64,000 bases of DNA from Bacillota bacterium (lineage in GTDB: Bacteria; Bacillota; JAAYKD01): assembly GCA_963666425.2 (NCBI GenBank), contig OY762825.2, positions 1,056,001-1,120,000 of the forward strand, given 5' to 3'. Both the position numbers and the translations under genes were made by a program. Each line of letters starts with the position of its first letter. Position 1 is the stretch's first letter. This document shows positions 10,825 through 20,645 of this stretch, in pieces. The notes below the pieces were generated by a model. That model worked only from the letters and a program-made list of their open reading frames with translations. It made no database searches and had not been told where the DNA came from.

Positions 10825-11787
10825 TTATCTGACTACTGTTTTGCGAATCATCATGGCATAACCGCGGTGCATAGAAAACCGTTCATAATAACTTTGCAGC
10901 GCTTCGTCGCAGACGAGATCAATCGAAGACAGCTGGCGAAGCTGATCCAGCATGCTCAGCAGCAAACGGCTGCCGATCCCGTGTCGCTGCGCATCCGGCA
11001 GTACTTCCAACAACGGCAGAAAAGCAAAGCGAACCCCATCGGATAATGCATTGACCAAGCCAACCGCTTTCATGGTGTGGAAGTCCAGTGCCAAAACGAA
11101 CCGATAACTATTTTGCAGAATTCTCAATAATTCTTCCCCAGTCAGCGGCTGCTGCCAACCCAGACAAAACCCATTCAACTGCTCCGCTGTGATATCGTTT
11201 AAATCGGTTTGATATTGCAGGATAGGATATTGAGCGTATTTTTGCAAAAAAGCAGAGACATCCAACTGGAAGGTCAGGGCATCATAACTCTTGCCATCAA
11301 CCTTGCGCAGATCAACCAGGCGTTCGCACTCATAGAAACCGATTTTCTCTGCCAAGGCAATCATCGCCAGATTACCGGACCAGGTTTGACTATAAATTTC
11401 CGTGATACCATTTCTTAAAAAATAGTGGATCAGCATCAGATAAGCCAGCGAACCCAAGCCTCGTTTCCGATCAGCCGGCAGCGGGATATCGATGCCAATG
11501 GCCGGCTTGCCATTTTCCATCAGATAAGAGCTGACCCAACCGATATGCCTGTTTTCCGGTAAGTAAAGTTCGAAGCGGGTTCGCTGTTCTGTCAGCGGCT
11601 GCCGCAGCCTTTTTTGATATAATTCGGTCAGGGCTTTTGTATCCAATGGTTCATCCCATTCCCAAGGCGCGTCCCAATTCATCCATTCGGTCTCGCTCGT
11701 ATACCAACGGACATAATCCTCAATATCAGGCAAATCAATATCTTTCAGGATCAATCGATCTGTGACTAGCTGCAGCATTGAACCCAC
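10825..11787 (-). CDS. Tandem GNAT N-acetyltransferase (RimJ/RimL-like fused to a second GNAT)
   Basis: Two acetyl-CoA motifs, RKRGLG..TWSGNLAMIALAEKIGF and QRHGIGSRLL..YYERF. Confidence 0.8.
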   Translation of the reverse strand: MGSMLQLVTDRLILKDIDLPDIEDYVRWYTSETEWMNWDAPWEWDEPLDTKALTELYQKRLRQPLTEQRTRFELYLPENRHIGWVSSYLMENGKPAIGIDIPLPADRKRGLGSLAYLMLIHYFLRNGITEIYSQTWSGNLAMIALAEKIGFYECERLVDLRKVDGKSYDALTFQLDVSAFLQKYAQYPILQYQTDLNDITAEQLNGFCLGWQQPLTGEELLRILQNSYRFVLALDFHTMKAVGLVNALSDGVRFAFLPLLEVLPDAQRHGIGSRLLLSMLDQLRQLSSIDLVCDEALQSYYERFSMHRGYAMMIRKTVVR

Positions 11788-12212
11788 ACCCTTTCCAGAA
11801 GATCACGCTCGCTCCGTTCCCGTTTTGATCTTTCCGGATCAGCAGAGAAAAGATTTTGAGATACGCTCTCTTGATTCTGTTGTTATTTTATGCTGGATAC
11901 AGCAGAAAAGCAAGCTTTTTCTGCTTTTTTTCTTTTAGTCTGGCCTTTTTTATCCGCAGTTCTGCGAATGTGCATTCCCTGCTTCGCTTGTTTTCTTTCT
12001 CCGGGATATTGTTGAATCTCTGCTCTTTATCAGCTGCAAACAGGCTGGCTTCATTGTTGATCTGCCAAATTATGCCCGTGATAACACTCTCTCTTAATTC
12101 CTTGTAATCCTGTCAGAATTAAGTCTTTTTTTTTCGTACAGCTTATGATATACTACCGTTACAAGCACCTCTGGATTTTTTTACCGGGGTGATAAAAAAC
12201 AAGGAGTGATTG

Positions 12213-12416
12213 ATGATGATTACAAAAGAAATCGGTATTGTTGAATTGGTAGAGAAATATCCTGCCGCCGCTATGATTTTAATGCAAGCTGGGATGGGCT
12301 GCCTGGGCTGTGCCGCTGCTCATTTTGAAACATTGGAACAAGGCTGCGCTGCTCATGGAATTGACGCTGACGCCTTGGTTAAGACCCTGAATGAAGAATT
12401 GGGCTTAGCTAAATAA
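12213..12416 (+). CDS. DUF1858 (hybrid-cluster-associated redox disulfide) domain protein
   Basis: ITKE..IVELVEKYP..GMGCLGC..ETLEQGCAAHGID; AAGGAG RBS. Confidence 0.88.
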   Translation: MMITKEIGIVELVEKYPAAAMILMQAGMGCLGCAAAHFETLEQGCAAHGIDADALVKTLNEELGLAK

Positions 12417-12421
12417 ATCCG

Positions 12422-12465
12422 AAAAAAACAGGATAGGTTGAAATATCAACCTGTCCTGTTTTTTT
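12422..12465. terminator. Bidirectional intrinsic terminator
   Basis: AAAAAAACAGGATAGGTTGA-aata-TCAACCTGTCCTGTTTTTTT. Confidence 0.85.
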
Positions 12466-12517
12466 ATCGAGTAAAGCCGTAAAACCCCTTGTTTTCGCTA
12501 TGAAAAGTGTCCATTTG

Positions 12518-13282
12518 CTATATTTGCAGGCTGAAATGCTCGAAAGCAAAACTACCGCTGCCTTGCTTCAATTTTCCGGTCTCTGCCAACCAATCAAAAG
12601 CCTGATCGATCTCAATAATCAAGGAAGGCTCAATCGCAAGACGATGATGTGCCGGTAAAACCCGTCTGATTGACAACTGCCGCACTCTCCGGATCGATTG
12701 ACGGAACAACAAAGGGTCCGTGCTGGGATAAAAAGCATACAATGTCCCGCTATAAATCAAATCACCGGAGTAGAGATACTGACGCTCCGCTTCGTAGAGA
12801 CAGAGATGACCCGGCGAGTGGCCCGGTGTATGCAGCACCTCTACCCTTCTGCCGCCAAGCTCGAGCGTAGTCCGATCCTGCAGCAGCAAGGTTGGCGGAC
12901 CTTGAAAAATCCGAAACAGCTCAGGCTGAAATTCCGGCGGGAAATCACAGGGTTCGCGCAGTAAACCGGCTTTCACGGCCGATAAAGGCAACGGGAAGGC
13001 TCCATTCAGCCATGCTGCTTCCGCTGGATGTACTGCCAGCTCGGAAAAGTAGCGATGTCCGCCAATATGATCCCAATGCACATGCGAGGTAACAACCAGG
13101 ATCGGCAAATCGGTCAGACGGTCGACCACCTCTTTGATGTTGGCTACCCCTAAACCGGTATCAAAGAGCAGGCACTTTTGCTGACCGATTAAAAGATAAC
13201 AATGGGTTTCTTCCCAATGCTTGTTTTCACTGATCACAAAGGTAGCAGCGTCGATCTGCTCTACGGTAAACCAGTCACTCAT
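12518..13282 (-). CDS. MBL-fold metallo-hydrolase
   Basis: SHVHWDHIGG, HTPGHSPGH, SGD, PAH. Confidence 0.9.
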   Translation of the reverse strand: MSDWFTVEQIDAATFVISENKHWEETHCYLLIGQQKCLLFDTGLGVANIKEVVDRLTDLPILVVTSHVHWDHIGGHRYFSELAVHPAEAAWLNGAFPLPLSAVKAGLLREPCDFPPEFQPELFRIFQGPPTLLLQDRTTLELGGRRVEVLHTPGHSPGHLCLYEAERQYLYSGDLIYSGTLYAFYPSTDPLLFRQSIRRVRQLSIRRVLPAHHRLAIEPSLIIEIDQAFDWLAETGKLKQGSGSFAFEHFSLQI

Positions 13283-14024
13283 GTTTTTCCTCTTGCTCTT
13301 TCCTGCCCAGCCAGATCAAACCCTGCGCTAAGCGATTGGGGATTTCTTTAAAATGCCCGCCGTCCTGCCATTGCAGCAGCGTCTCTTTGATTCTGGGATC
13401 CGCTGCCAGCATCTGTGCTGCCTGACGGGTTGCTTCTCCTACCGCAGCCAAGCGTGGACTGCGGGTTTTTTCTTCACCGCGTCCCAAGCTCAGGTAAAGC
13501 CGCGAATTTGCCCGGATAGCATGGGTTTTCATATAATCCAGCCAACCTTCATACCACAGGGATCCGGAACAGCAAGCAGCTGCTGCAAAAGCATCCGTTT
13601 GATACAAAGCCCAAAAAGCCATCAAACCGGCCAGAGAATAACCCAGCAGCGCATTGTGTTCCGGATCCGTCCGGACCGGATAAGTCTGCTCCACTTTGGC
13701 TTTTAAAACAGTCAGCAGCCAGTGTAGGGTCTGATCCGCTTGACCGGGGAAGGCAGCTTCCGATTTAAAAACAGCCTCGGCCGGCCAGGGTGAAAAATCA
13801 AACTGATGCTTTGTATCGGCAAACGTCACCACCAGAAAGGGTTGACAAATTCCATCTGTCACAGCAGCTTCCACGATCTGCATGATCTCCGTTAATTCCG
13901 CGACTGATTCTCCACCCGAGACAGCGTAGACTGCCGCGTATTTTTTTCCCGGTTCGCTGCCGGCAGGAAGATAGACAAAACAGGGGATCTCGTTGATTTG
14001 CATCGTTTCGATTGTGCCGTTCAT
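13275..14024 (-). CDS. Alpha/beta hydrolase (putative esterase)
   Basis: GYSLAG nucleophile elbow, SGSLW, GGHF; start taken at MNGTIE after a GAGGT RBS. Confidence 0.85.
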   Translation of the reverse strand: MNGTIETMQINEIPCFVYLPAGSEPGKKYAAVYAVSGGESVAELTEIMQIVEAAVTDGICQPFLVVTFADTKHQFDFSPWPAEAVFKSEAAFPGQADQTLHWLLTVLKAKVEQTYPVRTDPEHNALLGYSLAGLMAFWALYQTDAFAAAACCSGSLWYEGWLDYMKTHAIRANSRLYLSLGRGEEKTRSPRLAAVGEATRQAAQMLAADPRIKETLLQWQDGGHFKEIPNRLAQGLIWLGRKEQEEKHE

Positions 14025-14199
14025 CTGCCCTACCTCTTTTCTTGCATTGCTGCAGCTTTCTAAAATAACACTTAATTCCAATAGCCCGCGCTTTTTCTCG
14101 CAGGAGTAAAAAGAAAGCCTGATGCGTTTTGCTCGTGACCAGCAAGTCAAGCTGCCGATCTGTTTGCCGTATCACATCAGGCTTACCTTCGCTTGCAGA

Positions 14200-15228
14200 C
14201 TAGACTAAATAAGCCTGCAGCAATTTAAACGTATTAACCAGCCCGTCGATATGGCTGCGTTCGTAGCCATGTGAGGCATAGACACCCGGACCGATTAAGC
14301 CATGGCGCACATCAAAACCGGCGCGCAGCGTGACTTCCACATCGGAGCCGTACATTGGATAAACATCTAAGGCATAATCCGCCCCGGCTCTTTTGGCGGC
14401 AGCGATCAATTCATTGGTCAGCGCATAATGGTAGACGCCGCCGGAATCTTTCGGGCAGATAGAAACCATACGTTCAGTGCATTTCAAACCACTGCCCACA
14501 CAGCCCATATCGACTGAGATCACATCTTCGATGCAGTCGGGAATACCGGCAGCGCCGCCATGACCGATCTCCTCAAACATGGTAAAACTGAGCCAGACAT
14601 TGCGGTTGGGGATCAATTTCTCATCGGCATAGTATTTTGCTAAGGTCAACAACACGGCGGAAGAGGCTTTATCATCCAGGAAACGACTCTTGATGTAGCC
14701 TTTTTTTGTCACTGTAAAGCGCGGATTCAAAGCAATAAAATCACCGTTTTGAATGCCCAAATCTTCCACCTCTTTGGCGGTCGCCACAAATTCATCGAGC
14801 AGAACTTCGATGTTTGCCTTAAAATCGCGGGGATCGTTGACTTTGGGATTGACGTGCACAGAGGCATTGGCAATTTGCAGGGTGCCTTCGTATTCCCTGC
14901 CGTCGCGTGTGATCACAGTGACCTGTTCGGTTTCGGTGTTATTCGGATTAAGACCGCCGATGTTGGCGAGCATCAAACCGCCGTTTGATTTGATACTGGC
15001 TACCACGCCGCCCAAGGTATCAACATGACCGAACAGCATCAGAGGAGAACCACTGCCGCCTAAATCGACATTCACGCCGCCTTTGCGCAGCGTATTCGGC
15101 TGGTAGCCCATTGCCTGCAATTCATTACAGAGGAAGGCCGTGATTTCTTTTGTGTAACCGGAAGGGCTCTTGATGGCCAGCATCCGCTCCAGAACATCCA
15201 ACATATAATCAATATACTTCTGCTCCAT
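14200..15228 (-). CDS. M42 family metallo-aminopeptidase
   Basis: SPSGYT, GHVDTLG, SRFLDDK, EEIGHG, ASHGYER; start MEQKY after AGGAGG. Confidence 0.9.
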   Translation of the reverse strand: MEQKYIDYMLDVLERMLAIKSPSGYTKEITAFLCNELQAMGYQPNTLRKGGVNVDLGGSGSPLMLFGHVDTLGGVVASIKSNGGLMLANIGGLNPNNTETEQVTVITRDGREYEGTLQIANASVHVNPKVNDPRDFKANIEVLLDEFVATAKEVEDLGIQNGDFIALNPRFTVTKKGYIKSRFLDDKASSAVLLTLAKYYADEKLIPNRNVWLSFTMFEEIGHGGAAGIPDCIEDVISVDMGCVGSGLKCTERMVSICPKDSGGVYHYALTNELIAAAKRAGADYALDVYPMYGSDVEVTLRAGFDVRHGLIGPGVYASHGYERSHIDGLVNTFKLLQAYLV

Positions 15229-15522
15229 TTTCATCCTCCTAAAAAATTCAGTGTCTGCCGATATTGTAGCACCGGCAGAAATGATTGTAAAGGATTCGGA
15301 CGAGAAAAGCTGGAAAGCAAGACAAGTTGCCGCAGCTGCCGGGTCCTGTTTTCTCCATGTGGGATAGAAATTATCTGTCTTTTTGATCGATTGCCTCTTG
15401 ACGCGCAGGCGCTGATCGTGTTTACTATAGGATAAGAATCCCATCAAACCGCAAGAGAACACTGCTGCAGAGCAATCCCGAAAAGTTAGCATAACTAAAA
15501 GCAAGCGCAAGGAGTGATTTTT

Positions 15523-16683
15523 TTGAAGATCAAAGCTTTTCAAGTGGAAGAATGGATGAATGCCTATGAAGCAGACGCGCGTTACAATATTGCGGAAACC
15601 TGTGTTGACTCCCTTTCACTGGATGAACTGTTTCTGCTGACCGGTGAAAACAAACAAACCTTTCTCAACGAATTATGCGCCCGCCGTTTGACGTATGGTG
15701 ATATTTTTGGTGCACCGGCTTTCAAAACGGGCATTGCCCGACTCTATCAAAGCATTACTCCCCAGCAAATCATCACGACCCATGGCGCTGCCGGTGCCAA
15801 TCATCATGTCTTCTACTCATTGCTGCAGCCGGGAGACCGTGTCGTCTGCGTCATGCCGACTTATCAGCAGCTCTATTCCATTCCCGAATCGTACGGTGCT
15901 GATGTTCAGCTTCTGCAGCTCAATATGCAGGATGGCTTTCTGCCCGATTTGGCTCAACTGCGCCGCCTGGCAATCCCCGGCACCAAAATGATTTGTTTAA
16001 ACAATCCCAACAATCCAACCGGGGCTTTGATTCCACCTGAACTGCTGCGGGAAATTATTGAAATCGCGCGTCGCGTGGATGCTTATATTCTCTGCGATGA
16101 AGTCTATCGCGGTCTGACCCAAACCGACTGTGAGGTTGAATCAATTGCCGATCTTTATGAAAAAGGCATCAGTGTCAGCAGTATGTCAAAGGTTTTTTCT
16201 CTGGCTGGGCTCCGTTTGGGTTGGATTGCCAGCAAAGATCCGGAAGTACTGGCTGCTTGCTTATCGCACCGCGATTATAATCTGATCAGCTGCAGCATCC
16301 TGGATGAGGCGGTGGCAGGTTTAGCATTAAAGCACGCAGATCGGATCCTGGCGCGCAATCAAGCCATCGTGCGGGAGAATCTCGATCTATTGGATGCTTG
16401 GCTGGCAAATCAGCCGCACCTGCACTATTGTAAGCCGCAGGCAGGTACCACCGCGCTGCTTTATTATGATTTTGCTCTGCCTTCTTACGATTTCTGCCAA
16501 GCAATGTATGACAGCACCGGCGCCTTTGTCACGCCCGGTGATTGTTTTGCCGAAGCGCACTGCCTGCGGATCGGTTATGCCTGCGATAAAAAAACGCTGC
16601 AAGACGGTCTGCAGGCAATGGCTGCTTATTTGCAGCATCTGGAAAAATCCAACACTCCTTTGCTAGCCGCACTCTGCTCTTGA
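15523..16683 (+). CDS. PLP-dependent aminotransferase class I/II
   Basis: NNPNNPTG, CDEVY, SMSKVFSLAGLRLGW; TTG start after AAGGAG. Confidence 0.92.
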   Translation: MKIKAFQVEEWMNAYEADARYNIAETCVDSLSLDELFLLTGENKQTFLNELCARRLTYGDIFGAPAFKTGIARLYQSITPQQIITTHGAAGANHHVFYSLLQPGDRVVCVMPTYQQLYSIPESYGADVQLLQLNMQDGFLPDLAQLRRLAIPGTKMICLNNPNNPTGALIPPELLREIIEIARRVDAYILCDEVYRGLTQTDCEVESIADLYEKGISVSSMSKVFSLAGLRLGWIASKDPEVLAACLSHRDYNLISCSILDEAVAGLALKHADRILARNQAIVRENLDLLDAWLANQPHLHYCKPQAGTTALLYYDFALPSYDFCQAMYDSTGAFVTPGDCFAEAHCLRIGYACDKKTLQDGLQAMAAYLQHLEKSNTPLLAALCS

Positions 16684-16689
16684 TCCGGC

Positions 16690-16738
16690 AAAAAGGCGGT
16701 CTCTTTGGTTCATAAAAACCAAAGGGACCGCCTCTTTT
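16690..16738. terminator. Bidirectional intrinsic terminator
   Basis: AAAAAGGCGGTCtCTTTGGTT..AACCAAAGGGACCGCCTCTTTT between convergent genes. Confidence 0.8.
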
Positions 16739-16753
16739 GTAGTTTTTGTCTCG

Positions 16754-17803
16754 CTAGATACCCATAGCAATGAGTATTTGATACAAATATCCCATTAGGA
16801 TCCCACCCACTAAAATGAAACCGATATATAAACCAATCACTCTTTTTTTCATAAACGTCGTGATCCCGGTTATCACCCAAAGACTGGTAGCTGGCCCAGT
16901 GATCATAAACGCCATCATCGCACCGGCTCCGGCTCCACCATCCATCAGCGCTTTAATGAGCGGGATTGCGCCGGCTCCACTGACATAAAGAGGCAGACCA
17001 ATCAACGCAGCCAGCGGAACGGAAAATATACTTTCACTGCTGAATAGAGTAATTATAAAAGAAGTAGGTACAAACGATTGAACCAGATAACCCAATGCTA
17101 CAAAGATTACAAAGTAAAAAAGGATCTGTTTCAATCCCACCTCAAGCAATGCTTGTCCAACTTCCTTTACTTTGAGTCTCTGCCAAAAGTTCAAAGTAGG
17201 CTCTGTATTCACCAATGGAATTACGTTGGTATCGAAGGAAGCCGTGCTGCATCCGCAGGTATTTTCTGCACTGATTTGCTCCAATGCTAAGGCAGAAGCA
17301 GAACAAGCACACGCCTTCACATTTGATTTCATAGAAAACCGCAATTGATTATCCAGAAAATGTGTTTTTTGCTCAATGATATGGGTCAAGCCACCTGAAA
17401 TCAGACCAATCAGGAGAGAAGCGACGGCTAGAGCATTGGCAAACTTAAAATCGAGTATACCGGCAATCATGATATAAGTGTCGGGGCTCATCAAGGGGGA
17501 AGAAGTCAGAAAAGCCATAATCGGCCCCCAAGGCAGCGCAGTCGATAACAGTCCAATGACGACTGCCATGGTACCACAGGCACACAACGGGGTAAAAGCA
17601 CCAAAAGCAACACTGGCAAGAATAGAGACTCTGGGCTTTTTGAGTAACATCTGTTTGAGTTTCTCAGAGTCAAGGTAGACTTTCATCAGTGCTGCTATCA
17701 AGATAGCAAAACTCAATGGGAGCCAATTGTGATACAGGTTTGTGACTACCGCTGTCAATGTGTCCGTCAATAGTCCCGGTAAATAGTCAATAAATTCTTT
17801 CAT
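16754..17803 (-). CDS. ArsP/DUF318-family permease with Cys-rich central loop
   Basis: FTPLCACG, FLTSSPL, GLPLY, GPATS motifs; ACAC and TCGC in the loop. Confidence 0.85.
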   Translation of the reverse strand: MKEFIDYLPGLLTDTLTAVVTNLYHNWLPLSFAILIAALMKVYLDSEKLKQMLLKKPRVSILASVAFGAFTPLCACGTMAVVIGLLSTALPWGPIMAFLTSSPLMSPDTYIMIAGILDFKFANALAVASLLIGLISGGLTHIIEQKTHFLDNQLRFSMKSNVKACACSASALALEQISAENTCGCSTASFDTNVIPLVNTEPTLNFWQRLKVKEVGQALLEVGLKQILFYFVIFVALGYLVQSFVPTSFIITLFSSESIFSVPLAALIGLPLYVSGAGAIPLIKALMDGGAGAGAMMAFMITGPATSLWVITGITTFMKKRVIGLYIGFILVGGILMGYLYQILIAMGI

Positions 17804-17898
17804 TTCTTATCCATCTCCTAATTTATGATTGATCTTCATATATTAAGACGATGAAAGATTTGAAAAGACGCAAAACAAAAGAAAGATTAATTGCGGCC

Positions 17899-18471
17899 CT
17901 AGCCGCAGCAACAGCAGGGTTTTGGATAATAATTGATGATTGAACCATATCTGTCCAACTCAAAGTGGCAGCATTTCAGCAGACTATCCTTCAGCATTTG
18001 CCGTGCCCGTTGGACCCGTGTTTTGGCGCCTGAAACAGAAATCCCTAACTTTTCAGCCAGTTTGACCTGTGACCAACCCTGAAATTCTACGGATGTGAGA
18101 GCCTCCGCATATTTCTCCGGCAGCATTGCAATTCTTTCCTTCAGACCTGATCCAATCGCCTGCGCCGGGTTTTCTTCTATTATTTCATCTGAGGTAAGGA
18201 GTTGTTTTTCATATTCCGGTGTCAACTCATCTAGGTAGTCCAGCTTTATTTTTTGTTTGCGATAGTAATCGATAATTGTATTTCTGGCAATTTGGAATAC
18301 CCAACTGCGAATTGTCCTGCTGTCCTGCGGTGTGTTGATTTTTCTATGAATTTTTAAAAATACTTCCTGCAAGAGATCTTCCGCAGCGGAAGAATCGGCA
18401 ACCCTATAAGCAATGAAACGTTCAATTTCACCGCTGAACTCCTGCCAAATTCGCTCTGTATCGTATTCCAT
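17899..18471 (-). CDS. sigZ: ECF sigma factor, SigZ-like
   Basis: AEDLLQEVFLKI, WVFQIARNTIIDYYRK, GISVSGAKTRVQRAR, C-terminal CCHFELDRYG. Confidence 0.85.
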   Translation of the reverse strand: MEYDTERIWQEFSGEIERFIAYRVADSSAAEDLLQEVFLKIHRKINTPQDSRTIRSWVFQIARNTIIDYYRKQKIKLDYLDELTPEYEKQLLTSDEIIEENPAQAIGSGLKERIAMLPEKYAEALTSVEFQGWSQVKLAEKLGISVSGAKTRVQRARQMLKDSLLKCCHFELDRYGSIINYYPKPCCCCG

Positions 18472-18597
18472 CTGTAATCCTCCTAACAAATCACAAATTT
18501 AAATTGCCACTATGCTCTTTTTTATTATTGGTGTCTGTGTCATTGGTCCCAAGCTGACGAGATTCGGCCATCGGATTTCTCCGATGTTCTGAGTCTG

Positions 18598-20130
18598 TTA
18601 TCCACCGATATGGATGACTTGATCCGCCCAATTCCGATAAAACGATTCTTCATGCGAAACTAAAATAATATTGCCTTGCCAACGCATGAGTTCGTTCTTC
18701 AATTCATCCTTTGCATCCGCATCCAGATGATTGGTCGGTTCATCTAAGATTAATAGGTTCGACTTTGTCAGCATTAAAATACAAAGTTTGACACGGGATT
18801 GCTCTCCGCCGCTTAAAGAAGAAATCGGCTGGATCACACTTTTGGCTTGAATACCGCACTGTGCCAGATGTTTTCTGATTTGACTGGCAGAGAGTTGGCT
18901 GTATCTTTCGGCGATAATCTGCACCGGAGTCTGCTTTGGATTAGCCCAGACCAGATCCTGTTCATAATAGCCGATTTTCATGGTATCGGAAAATTTGAAA
19001 TCGCCGGACAAGGAAGGTATTTGTTTGATCAATGTCTTAATCAAGGTTGATTTACCGATGCCATTAAAACCGGTAATCACAACTTTTTGGCCTGCCGCTA
19101 CCATAAAATTCATCTTCGGTAAGAGAGGATTGGTATAACCAATTTCCAAATCTCTCACAACCAATGCCTTTTGTGTGGTAACCGGCAGTGAAGCAAATTG
19201 AAAATTCGGTTTCGCCAGTACTTTAGGCGGATCGATTACCTCGATTCGGTCCAGTTGCTTCTGACGACCTCGCGCCATTTTAGCGGTAGATGCCCTTGCC
19301 TTGTTTTTGGAAATGTATTCTTCGAATTTTTTGATCTGCACTTGCTGAGACTGGAATTCACGAACATAACTTTCCCGCTTAATGTCCTTCAGCTGCAAAA
19401 ATTTGTTGAAGTTGCCGTTGTACTTGGTCAGCATGCCAAATTCGATATCGCAGATGCAATTCGTCACGAGATCCAGAAAATCGAAATCATGAGAAATAAC
19501 GATAAAAGCACCTTCAAATTCCTTGAGATAGCCGGAAAACCACTCCACATGCTCTTTGTCCAGAAAATTGGTCGGCTCGTCCAGCAGCAAGACATCCGGT
19601 TTTTCCAATAAAAGTTTGGCTAAAATCACCTTTGCTCTTTGACCGCCGCTCAGCTGACATAAGATACTGTCCATACCCAAGGCGATGATGCCTAAGCCGT
19701 TCGCTACCTTCATGATCACAGTTTCTATTTCATAGAAACCTTGATTTTCTAAAATCTCCTGCAGTTTCGCTGTTTTGTCAATCAATTCTTCGCTGTTGTC
19801 GATCGTCATGCTCTCATACAATTCAATGAGTTTTGATTCAGTCTGAAAAAGCTCCTGAAAGGCAGTCTTTAAATACTCAAACACCGTCACATTATTGTCT
19901 ATTTTGGCATATTGATCCAAATAACCATATTTCATATTGCGTTGCCAGCTGATTCTGCCATGATCCGGGACGATACTGCCAGTGATAATATTGAAAAGCG
20001 TTGTTTTACCTGTACCATTATGACCGACAATCCCCATATGCTCACCCTTAAAAAGTTCAAAGGATGCATTTTTATACAAAACGTTTTCGCCAAAGGAATG
20101 CGATATGTCTATTACATCTAATAATCCCAT
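18598..20130 (-). CDS. ABC-F ATPase (YfmM-like, ribosome-associated)
   Basis: Two ABC domains (GHNGTGKT/LSGGQ/LLDEPTN and GFNGIGKS/LSGGE/LDEPTNHLD), no TM segments. Confidence 0.9.
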   Translation of the reverse strand: MGLLDVIDISHSFGENVLYKNASFELFKGEHMGIVGHNGTGKTTLFNIITGSIVPDHGRISWQRNMKYGYLDQYAKIDNNVTVFEYLKTAFQELFQTESKLIELYESMTIDNSEELIDKTAKLQEILENQGFYEIETVIMKVANGLGIIALGMDSILCQLSGGQRAKVILAKLLLEKPDVLLLDEPTNFLDKEHVEWFSGYLKEFEGAFIVISHDFDFLDLVTNCICDIEFGMLTKYNGNFNKFLQLKDIKRESYVREFQSQQVQIKKFEEYISKNKARASTAKMARGRQKQLDRIEVIDPPKVLAKPNFQFASLPVTTQKALVVRDLEIGYTNPLLPKMNFMVAAGQKVVITGFNGIGKSTLIKTLIKQIPSLSGDFKFSDTMKIGYYEQDLVWANPKQTPVQIIAERYSQLSASQIRKHLAQCGIQAKSVIQPISSLSGGEQSRVKLCILMLTKSNLLILDEPTNHLDADAKDELKNELMRWQGNIILVSHEESFYRNWADQVIHIGG

Positions 20131-20645
20131 ACTCTTTTATTAATTCTCCTGTTATCTTAGTTACGCCTGCTCTTACCTTCTCTGCCAGCGGTCTGACGAA
20201 AAAAGCTCAAAGACTGATTTTTTTTAGATCAGTTGATGAGCTCTCGGCTGTCTGATCTGCTTTATACGGTATCCCCGCAATGCTGTCGCCTTTGCTTTCA
20301 TTTTTTACGGCAGCAATCATCTCGAAGCAATCGACGGTTTCAAGTCTTTCAATCAGGTGAGTCATAAACGTTTTGTAAGTATAGCAGAATTATGGAAAAT
20401 AAGCAAACAGAAAAATTATAGAGCAACGCACCGCTTTTATCGCCGGATGCAAACAAACTTCCTCCTGCTTTAGGATAGAAACGAATCGATCGCTGCAGAA
20501 ATCTTACTCATGATTTGTTGTTTTGCTGACTTCTGAAATTTTCTTACGGTGAGGAATGTCAAACGTTTATAATAATACAATTGACTAATAGAGAAGATTC
20601 CGATAGAATATATTTCATATAGTAAAATATACGGTAAAGGAAATA

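Noticed and set aside
12472-12503. AAGCCGTAAAACCCCTTGTTTTCGCTATG resembles an IS200/IS605 end
   Set aside because: It is too short, the hairpin is incomplete and there is no tnpA/tnpB nearby.
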